The translations under genes and the position numbers were made by a program. Source: Bugula neritina (lineage: Eukaryota > Animalia > Bryozoa). From it: 64,000 nucleotides of DNA. The stretch's first letter is position 1. Every line of letters starts with the position of its first letter. The stretch lies in assembly GCA_964035545.1 (NCBI GenBank), contig CAXIUT010000073.1:248001-312000 (forward strand), given 5' to 3'. The notes beneath the pieces were generated by a model, which was given only the letters and a program-made list of their open reading frames with translations, was not told the origin of the DNA and did no database searches. Positions 53,701 to 64,000 of the stretch are shown here, one piece after another.

Positions 53701-56700
53701 TTAAATTTTGCTAGAGTAAAAATTAATTTTAGATGCCTTTGCAAACATATGAGAAATAAATGAGTCATTTTATGAAAAGAGGTGTTTGCAGCAGTTGTCC
53801 ACTTTTGATTTAGACGCGTCATGGAAACTTTTGTAGTTTTAAATAATATCTCCAAACTCATCACTTGCATGTGTTTATATACTTGATAAAGTTTTTCATG
53901 CAAAACTTGATGCCTGCTTCAAAGACACCAGTGCTTAAATACTGCGTTAACTGTATTGGCACGTTGCCATGAGATATTTGGTAATATTTAGCATCACAAC
54001 ATACTCTTCAGAAAGTTAAGAAAATCAGTCTATAGAAAGTTAATGAAATAAACCTACCAGAGAGAGTAAGCCAGATGTAGCAAGTAGATCCAAAACAAGT
54101 TGATTAACAATTGAAGTTGAATTCTCCATGTAGTGAATACTTTAGTCCTAATGTCAAATGCAAACGTCTGCAACCAAATTGTGTAGACTTCATGAGCTGG
54201 TTAGCTGACAGGACTCATTAAAGTTCTTAACTCTTGTGTGTATAGTGATGCCCATCTTGAACTAGAGAGGGCTGACTGAAGACTGCTACTTTGTGAAAAT
54301 TGACAATGCATATTATTATTATTCATTGTTGAGATTCACGACTGCCATAAACAATGATAAAATATTCATTGTTGGTACTACTGAGTAGAATAAAATATAA
54401 TATAATATTATTCTCTGGACAGATAAACAATATCAAATGCATAATATAACATTACCATAAATCTACGGCGCTTCACATCTTCACCTTTTTCTGCAATGTT
54501 ATTTCTTTGCAGTTAGAAGTACTAGCTGAATATATGACTATGAAACATAACCCTTCAATTTCATTGCACCAGCACCGATTTCAATATAGGTGTGTTGGGA
54601 GTTATCTTTCCTAAATTTTTGTTCTTGGCAATTATACGAAACAGACACAGGCCAATATTAGTTTTGTTATTTGCAAGAGTTTTTCTGTCTGATTGTCCAT
54701 CAGCAAAAGTTTGCGCCTTCCCGTTATTATGGAAATTCCAGTGCTGCTGGAAGACCTTTGCATTGTACACCCGCCTTTACTATTGAATTTAGATGTTTTA
54801 TTTTCCCATCCCCTCTCCTGCCCCCCTGTCCCCTCTAACAACCAGCAATCCTGACTCATGCGAAATGTGTCATTAAGTTTTAGAGTTGGACCATGGGCCG
54901 ACAGTATACGATTTGAAGCTTTATAGTTTACAGGCAGTGGAGATGAGTCACTGCTGAAACCCATTTTATTAGTAGACTATATTGCTCTTCAATCATCAGT
55001 TTTCATATTCAAAGAGAAAGCTCATCTGCAGCGCCATTTCACAGTGTTATATTTTGCTAGAGTAATAACTAATTTTAGATGCCTTTGCAAACATATGAGA
55101 AATAAATGAGTCATTTTATGAAAAGAGGTGTTTGCAGCAGTTGTCCACTTTTGATTTAGACGCGTCATGGAAACTTTTGTAGTTTTAAATAATATCTCCA
55201 AACTCATCACTTGCATGTGTTTATATACTTGATAAAGTTTTTCATGCAAAACTTGATGCCTGCTTCAAAGACACCAGTGCTTAAATACTGCGTTAACTGT
55301 ATTGGCACGTTGCCATGAGATATTTGGTAATATTTAGCATCACAACATACTCTTCAGAAAGTTAAGAAAATCAGTCTATAGAAAGTTAATTAAATAAACC
55401 TACCAGAGAGAGTAAGCCAGATGTAACAAGTAGATCCAAAACAAGTTGATTGACAATTGAAGTTGAATTCTCCATGTAGTGAATACTTTAGTCCTAATGT
55501 CAAATGCAAACGTCTGCAACCAAATTGTGTAGACTTCATGAGCTGGTTAGCTGACAGGACTCATTAAAGTTCTTAACTCTTGTGTGTATAGTGATGCCCA
55601 TCTTGAACTAGAGAGGGCTGACTGAAGACTGCTACTTTGTGAAAATTGACAATGCATATTATTATTATTCATTGTTGAGATTCACGACTGCCATAAACAA
55701 TGATAAAATATTCATTGTTGGTACTACTGAGTAGAATAAAATATAATATAATATTATTCTCTGGACAGATAAACAATATCAAATGCATATTATAACATTA
55801 CCATAAATCTACGGCGCTTCACATCTTCACCTTTTTCTGCAATGTTATTTCTTTGCAGTTAGAAGTACTAGCTGAATATATGACTATGAAACATAACCCT
55901 TCAATTTCATTGCACCAGCACCGATTTCAATATAGGTGTGTTGGGAGTTATCTTTCCTAAATTTTTGTTCTTGGCGTTTATACGAAACAGACACAGGCTA
56001 ATATTAGTTTTGTTATTTGCAAGAGTTTTTCTGTCTGATTGTCCATCAGCAAAAGTTTGCGCCTTCCCGTTATTATGGAAATTCCAGTGCTGCTGGAAGA
56101 CCTTTGCATTGTACACCCGCCTTTACTATTGAATTTAGATGTTTTATTTTCCCATCCCCTCTCCTGCCCCCCTGTCCCCTCTAACAACCAGCAATCCTGA
56201 CTCATGCGAAATGTGTTATTAAGTTTTAGAGTTGGACCATGGGCCGACAGTATACGATTTGAAGCTTTATAGTTTACAGGCAGTGGAGATGAGTCACTGC
56301 TGAAACCCATTTTATTAGTAGACTATATTGCTCTTCAATCATCAGTTTTCATATTCAAAGAGAAAACTCATCTGCAGCGCCATTTCACAGTGTTATATTT
56401 TGCTAGAGTAATAACTAATTTTAGATGCCTTTGCAAACATATGAGAAATAATTGAGTCATTTTATGAAAAGAGGTGTTTGCAGCAGTTGTCCACTTTTGA
56501 TTTAGACGCGTCATGGAAACTTTTGTAGTTTTAAATAATATCTCCAAACTCATCACTTGCATGTGTTTATATACTTGATAAAGTTTTTCATGCAAAACTT
56601 GATGCCTTCTTCAAAGACACCAGTGCTTAAATACTGTGTTAACTGTATTGGCACGTTGCCATGAGATATTTGGTAATATTTAGCATCACAACATACTCTT

Positions 56701-59300
56701 CAGAAAGTTAAGAAAATCAGTCTATAGGAAGTCAATGAAATAAACCTACCAGAGAGAGTAAGCCAGATGTAACAAGTAGATCCAAAACAAGTTGATTAAC
56801 AATTGAAGTTGAATTCTCCATGTAGTGAATACTTTAGTCCTAATGTCAAATGCAAACGTCTGCAACCAAATTGTGTAGACTTCATGAGCTGGTTAGCTGA
56901 CAGGACTCATTAAAGTTCTTAACTCTTGTGTGTATAGTGATGCCCATCTTGAACTAGAGAGGGCTGACTGAAGACTGCTACTTTGTGAAAATTGACAATG
57001 CATATTATTATTATTCATTGTTGAGATTCACGACTGCCATAAACAATGATAAAATATTCATTGTTGGTACTACTGAGTAGAATAAAATATAATATAATAT
57101 TATTCTCTGGACAGATAAACAATATCAAATGCATAATATAACATTACCATAAATCTACGGCGCTTCACATCTTCACCTTTTTCTGCAATGTTATTTCTTT
57201 GCAGTTAGAAGTACTAGCTGAATATATGACTATGAAACATAACCCTTCAATTTCATTGCACCAGCACCGATTTCAATATAGGTGTGTTGGGAGTTATCTT
57301 TCCTAAATTTTTGTTCTTGGCAATTATACGAAACAGACACAGGCCAATATTAGTTTTGTTATTTGCAAGAGTTTTTCTGTCTGATTGTCCATCAGCAAAA
57401 GTTTGCGCCTTCCCGTTATTATGGAAATTCCAGTGCTGCTGGAAGACCTTTGCATTGTACACCCGCCTTTACTATTGAATTTAGATGTTTTATTTTCCCA
57501 TCCCCTCTCCTGCCCCCCTGTCCCCTCTAACAACCAGCAATCCTGACTCATGCGAAATGTGTCATTAAGTTTTAGAGTTGGACCATGGGCCGACAGTATA
57601 CGATTTGAAGCTTTATAGTTTACAGGCAGTGGAGATGAGTCACTGCTGAAACCCATTTTATTAGTAGACTATATTGCTCTTCAATCATCAGTTTTCATAT
57701 TCAAAGAGAAAGCTCATCTGCAGCGCCATTTCACAGTGTTATATTTTGCTAGAGTAATAACTAATTTTAGATGCCTTTGCAAACATATGAGAAATAAATG
57801 AGTCATTTTATGAAAAGAGGTGTTTGCAGCAGTTGTCCACTTTTGATTTAGACGCGTCATGGAAACTTTTGTAGTTTTAAATAATATCTCCAAACTCATC
57901 ACTTGCATGTGTTTATATACTTGATAAAGTTTTTCATGCAAAACTTGATGCCTGCTTCAAAGACACCAGTGCTTAAATACTGCGTTAACTGTATTGGCAC
58001 GTTGCCATGAGATATTTGGTAATATTTAGCATCACAACATACTCTTCAGAAAGTTAAGAAAATCAGTCTATAGAAAGTTAATTAAATAAACCTACCAGAG
58101 AGAGTAAGCCAGATGTAACAAGTAGATCCAAAACAAGTTGATTGACAATTGAAGTTGAATTCTCCATGTAGTGAATACTTTAGTCCTAATGTCAAATGCA
58201 AACGTCTGCAACCAAATTGTGTAGACTTCATGAGCTGGTTAGCTGACAGGACTCATTAAAGTTCTTAACTCTTGTGTGTATAGTGATGCCCATCTTGAAC
58301 TAGAGAGGGCTGACTGAAGACTGCTACTTTGTGAAAATTGACAATGCATATTATTATTATTCATTGTTGAGATTCACGACTGCCATAAACAATGATAAAA
58401 TATTCATTGTTGGTACTACTGAGTAGAATAAAATATAATATAATATTATTCTCTGGACAGATAAACAATATCAAATGCATATTATAACATTACCATAAAT
58501 CTATGGCGCTTCACATCTTCACCTTTTTCTGCAATGTTATTTCTTTGCAGTTAGAAGTACTAGCTGAATATATGACTATGAAACATAACCCTTCAATTTC
58601 ATTGCACCAGCACCGATTTCAATATAGGTGTGTTGGGAGTTATCTTTCCTAAATTTTTGTTCTTGGCAATTATACGAAACAGACACAGGCTAATATTAGT
58701 TTTGTTATTTGCAAGAGTTTTTCTGTCTGATTGTCCATCAGCAAAAGTTTGCGCCTTCCCGTTATTATGGAAATTCCAGTGCTGCTGGAAGACCTTTGCA
58801 TTGTACACCCGCCTTTACTATTGAATTTAGATGTTTTATTTTCCCATCCCCTCTCCTGCCCCCCTGTCCCCTCTAACAACCAGCAATCCTGACTCATGCG
58901 AAATGTGTTATTAAGTTTTAGAGTTGGACCATGGGCCGACAGTATACGATTTGAAGCTTTATAGTTTACAGGCACTGGAGATGAGTCACTGCTGAAACCC
59001 ATTTTATTAGTAGACTATATTGCTCTTCAATCATCAGTTTTCATATTCAAAGAGAAAACTCATCTGCAGCGCCATTTCACAGTGTTATATTTTGCTAGAG
59101 TAATAACTAATTTTAGATGCCTTTGCAAACATATGAGAAATAATTGAGTCATTTTATGAAAAGAGGTGTTTGCAGCAGTTGTCCACTTTTGATTTAGACG
59201 CGTCATGGAAACTTTTGTAGTTTTAAATAATATCTCCAAACTCATCACTTGCATGTGTTTATATACTTGATAAAGTTTTTCATGCAAAACTTGATGCCTG
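47800..59300. repeat. Subfamily block with nested duplications at 1-, 4- and 2-monomer offsets
   Basis: CAGGCCAATATT at ~47924, 49270, 54653, 57345; AATAATTGAG at ~51069, 56452, 59144. Offsets are 1346, 5383 and 2692. Confidence 0.85.
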
Positions 59301-61849
59301 CTTCAAAGACACCAGTGCTTAAATACTGTGTTAACTGTATTGGCACGTTGCCATGAGATATTTGGTAATATTTAGCATCACAACATACTCTTCAGAAAGT
59401 TAAGAAAATCAGTCTATAGAAAGTTAATGAAATAAACCTACCAGAGAGAGTAAGCCAGATGTAACAAGTAGATCCAAAACAAGTTGATTAACAATTGAAG
59501 TTGAATTCTCCATGTAGTGAATACTTTAGTCCTAATGTCAAATGCAAACGTCTGCAACCAAATTGTGTAGACTTCATGAGCTGGTTAGCTGACAGGACTC
59601 ATTAAAGTTCTTAACTCTTGTGTGTATAGTGATGCCCATCTTGAACTAGAGAGGGCTGACTGAAGACTGCTACTTTGTGAAAATTGACAATGCATATTAT
59701 TATTATTCATTGTTGAGATTCACGACTGCCATAAACAATGATAAAATATTCATTGTTGGTACTACTGAGTAGAATAAAATATAATATAATATTATTCTCT
59801 GGACAGATAAACAATATCAAATGCATATTATAACATTACCATAAATCTACGGCGCTTCACATCTTCACCTTTTTCTGCAATGTTATTTCTTTGCAGTTAG
59901 AAGTACTAGCTGAATATATGACTATGAAACATAACCCTTCAATTTCATTGCACCAGCACCGATTTCAATATAGGTGTGTTGGGAGTTATCTTTCCTAAAG
60001 TTTTGTTCTTGGCGTTTATACGAAGCAGACACAGGCTAATATTAGTTTTGTTATTTGCAAGAGTTTTTCTGTCTGATTGTCCATCAGCAAAAGTTTGCGC
60101 CTTGCAGTTATTATGGAAATACCAGTGATGCTGGAAGACCTTTGCATTGTACACCCGCCTTTACTATTGAATTTAGATGTTTTATTTTCCCATCCCCTCT
60201 CCTGCCCCCCTGTCCCCTCTAACAACCAGCAATCCTGACTCATGCGAAATGTGTCATTAAGTTTTAGAGTTGGACCATGGGCCTACAGTATACGATTTGA
60301 AGCTTTATAGTTTACAGGCAGTGGAGATGAGTCACTGCTGAAACCCATTTTATTAGTAGACTATATTGCTCTTCAATCATCAGTTTGCATATTAAAACAG
60401 AAAGCTCATCTGCAGCGCCATTTCACAGTGTTAAATTTTGCTAGAGTAAAAATTAATTTTAGATGCCTTTGCAAACATATGAGAAATAAATGAGTCATTT
60501 TATGAAAAGAGGTGTTTGCAGCAGTTGTCCACTTTTGATTTAGACGCGTCATGGAAACTTATGTAGTTTTAAATAATATCTCCAAACTCATCACTTGCAT
60601 GTGTTTATATACTTGATAAAGTTTTTCATGCAAAACTTGATGCCTGCTTCAAAGACACCAGTGCTTAAATACTGTGTTAACTGTATTGGCACGTTGCCAT
60701 GAGATATTTGGTAATATTTAGCATCACAACATACTCTTCAGAAAGTTAAGAAAATCAGTCTATAGAAAGTTAATGAAATAAACCTACCAGAGAGAGTAAG
60801 CCAGATGTGACAAGTAGATCCAAAACAAGTTGATTGACAATTGAAGTTGAATTCTCCATGTAGTGAATACTTTAGTCCTAATGTCAAATGCAAACGTCTG
60901 CAACCAAATTGTGTAGACTTCATGAGCTGGTTAGCTGACAGGACTCATTAAAGTTCTTAACTCTTGTGTGTATAGTGATGCCCATCTTGAACTAGAGAGG
61001 GCTGACTGAAGACTGCTACTTTGTGAAAATTGACAATGCATATTATTATTATTCATTGTTGAGATTCACGACTGCCATAAACAATGATAAAATATTCATT
61101 GTTGGTACTACTGAGTAGAATAAAATATAATATAATATTATTCTCTGGACAGATAAACAATATCAAATGCATAATATAACATTACCATAAATCTACGGCG
61201 CTTCACATCTTCACCTTTTTCTGCAATGTTATTTCTTTGCAGTTAGAAGTACTAGCTGAATATATGACTATGAAACATAACCCTTCAATTTCATTGCACC
61301 AGCACCGATTTCAATATAGGTGTGTTGGGAGTTATCTTTCCTAAAGTTTTGTTCTTGGTGTTTATACGAAGCAGACACAGGCTAATATTAGTTTTGTTAT
61401 TTGCAAGAGTTTTTCTGTCTGATTGTCCATCAGCAAAAGTTTGCGCCTTGCAGTTATTATGGAAATACCAGTGATGCTCTAAGACCTTTGCATTGTACAC
61501 CCGCCTTTACTATTGAATTTAGCTGTTTTATTTTCCCATCCCCTCTCCTGCCCCCCTGTCCCCTCTAACAACCAGCAATCCTGACTCATGCGAAATGTGT
61601 CATTAAGTTTTAGAGTTGGACCATGGGCCTACAGTATACGATTTGAAGCTTTATAGTTTACAGGCAGTGGAGATGAGTCACTGCTGAAACCCATTTTATT
61701 AGTAGACTATATTGCTCTTCAATCATCAGTTTGCATATTAAAACAGAAAGCTCATCTGCAGCGCCATTTCACAGTGTTAAATTTTGCTAGAGTAAAAATT
61801 AATTTTAGATGCCTTTGCAAACATATGAGAAATAAATGAGTCATTTTAT

Positions 61850-64000
61850 GAAAAGAGGTGTTTGCAGCAGTTGTCCACTTTTGATTTAGACGCGTCATGG
61901 AAACTTATGTAGTTTTAAATAATATCTCCAAACTCATCACTTGCATGTGTTTATATACTTGATAAAGTTTTTCATGCAAAACTTGATGCCTGCTTCAAAG
62001 ACACCAGTGCTTAAATACTGTGTTAACTGTATTGGCACGTTGCCATGAGATATTTGGTAATATTTAGCATCACAACATACTCTTCAGAAAGTTAAGAAAA
62101 TCAGTCTATAGAAAGTTAATGAAATAAACCTACCAGAGAGAGTAAGCCAGATGTGACAAGTAGATCCAAAACAAGTTGATTGACAATTGAAGTTGAATTC
62201 TCCATGTAGTGAATACTTTAGTCCTAATGTCAAATGCAAACGTCTGCAACCAAATTGTGTAGACTTCATGAGCTGGTTAGCTGACAGGACTCATTAAAGT
62301 TCTTAACTCTTGTGTGTATAGTGATGCCCATCTTGAACTAGAGAGGGCTGACTGAAGACTGCTACTTTGTGAAAATTGACAATGCATATTATTATTATTC
62401 ATTGTTGAGATTCACGACTGCCATAAACAATGATAAAATATTCATTGTTGGTACTACTGAGTAGAATAAAATATAATATAATATTATTCTCTGGACAGAT
62501 AAACAATATCAAATGCATAATATAACATTACCATAAATCTACGGCGCTTCACATCTTCACCTTTTTCTGCAATGTTATTTCTTTGCAGTTAGAAGTACTA
62601 GCTGAATATATGACTATGAAACATAACCCTTCAATTTCATTGCACCAGCACCGATTTCAATATAGGTGTGTTGGGAGTTATCTTTCCTAAATGTTTGTTC
62701 TTGGTGTTTATACGAAGCAGACACAGGCTAATATTAGTTTTGTTATTTGCAAGAGTTTTTCTGTCTGATTGTCCATCAGCAAAAGTTTGCGCCTTGCAGT
62801 TATTATGGAAATACCAGTGATGCTGGAAGACCTTTGCATTGTACACCCGCCTTTACTATTGAATTTAGATGTTTTATTTTCCCATCCCCTCTCCTGCCCC
62901 CCTGTCCCCTCTAACAACCAGCAATCCTGACTCATGTGAAATGTGTTATTAAGTTTTAGAGTTGGACCATGGGCCTACAGTATACGATTTGAAGCTTTAT
63001 AGTTTACAGGCAGTGGAGATGAGTCACTGCTGAAACCCATTTTATTAGTAGACTATATTGCTCTTTAATCATCAGTTTGCATATTAAAACAGAAAGCTCA
63101 TCTGCAGCGCCATTTCGCAGTGTTAAATTTTGCTAGAGTAAAAATTAATTTTAGATGCCTTTGCAAACATATGAGAAATAAATGAGTCATTTTATGAAAA
63201 GAGGTGTTTGCAGCAGTTGTCCACTTTTGATTTAGACGCGTCATGGAAACTTTTGTAGTTTTAAATAATATCTCCAAACTCATCACTTGCATGTGTTTAT
63301 ATACTTGATAAAGTTTTTCATGCAAAACTTGATGCCTGCTTCAAAGACACCAGTGCTTAAATACTGTGTTAACTGTATTGGCACGTTGCCATGAGATATT
63401 TGGTAATATTTAGCATCACAACATACTCTTCAGAAAGTTAAGAAAATCAGTCTATAGGAAGTTAATAAAATAAACCTACCAGAGAGAGTAAGCCAGATGT
63501 AACAAGTAGATCCAAAACAAGTTGATTAACAATTGAAGTTGAATTCTCCATGTAGTGAATACTTTAGTCCTAATGTCAACTGCAAACGTCTGCAACCAAA
63601 TTGTGTAGACTTCATGAGCTGGTTAGCTGACAGGACTCATTAAAGTTCTTAACTCTTGTGTGTATAGTGATGCCCATCTTGAACTAGAGAGGGCTGACTG
63701 AAGACTGCTACTTTGTGAAAATTGACAATGCGTATTATTATTATTCATTGTTGAGATTCACGACTGCCATAAACAATGATAAAATATTCATTGTTGGTAC
63801 TACTGAGTAGAATAAAATATATAATATAATATTATTCTCTGGACAGATAAACAATATCAAATGCATAATATAACATTACCATAAATCTACGGCGCTTCAC
63901 ATCTTCACCTTTTTCTGCAATGTTATTTCTTTGCAGTTAGAAGTACTAGCTGAATATATGACTATGAAACATAACCCTTCAATTTCATTGCACCAGCACC
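61850..64000. repeat. Long-range copy of the ~39.0-41.1 kb segment (offset 22,882 bp = 17 monomers)
   Basis: ACTTATGTAG 39025/61907; GATGTGAC ~39273/~62155; CTCTTTAATC ~40184/~63066; TTTCGCAG ~40235/~63117; TATAGGAAGTTAATAAA ~40576/~63458; extra AT in AAAATATATAAT ~40937/~63819. Confidence 0.88.

Larger units (their letters stand above)
1..64000. repeat. Tandem macrosatellite array, ~1,345-bp monomer, ~47.6 head-to-tail copies, open at both window ends
   Basis: CGTCATGGAAACTTTTGTAG at 1 recurs at 1346 and at every unit thereafter. The same ORF left ends recur at 1205, 2549, 3894, 5239 ... 59060, 63098, with steps of 1344-1346 and one of 1348. All copies are in the same orientation with no interruptions. 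Confidence 0.99.

Noticed and set aside
1-64000. CRISPR array or other prokaryotic repeat system
   Set aside because: No short repeat/unique spacer alternation; the entire 1.35-kb unit is repeated and there are no cas or other genes.
1-64000. Array as a pure assembly artefact
   Set aside because: Units carry structured, position-dependent private variants, which artefactual copying of one sequence would not produce. Individual duplications still need read support.

Overview
The whole 64 kb window is one uninterrupted head-to-tail tandem array (macrosatellite) of an AT-rich monomer of about 1,345 bp (roughly one-third G+C). It holds about 47.6 copies, continues off both window edges, and shows no inversions, insertions or unique DNA. 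By eye, copies differ at only a few percent of sites or less. Monomer length is 1344, 1345 or 1346 bp (1348 where an extra AT is present), set by three micro-indels. All ORFs in the track are short recurrences of the same five open stretches in the monomer. They carry mostly non-synonymous and stop variants, and I do not support them as genes. I could not identify any rRNA, tRNA, snRNA, miRNA, transposon or CRISPR in the monomer. CpG depletion and CpG/TpG polymorphisms suggest a methylated eukaryotic (probably animal) genome; this is inference. The real information lies at two levels. (1) Array architecture: two or more ancestral haplotypes are shuffled in modules, there is a left-to-right subfamily transition around 18-27 kb, and nested duplications occur at offsets of 1, 2, 3, 4, 5 and 17 monomers. 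(2) Monomer content: a near-invariant canonical G-quadruplex motif, three AP-1 consensus sites, a tight cluster of three SOX-type motifs, and recurrent TTTGCA (octamer-like) words. These could make each unit a regulatory cassette, but that is an untested hypothesis. The sequence alone does not demonstrate a new biological system.
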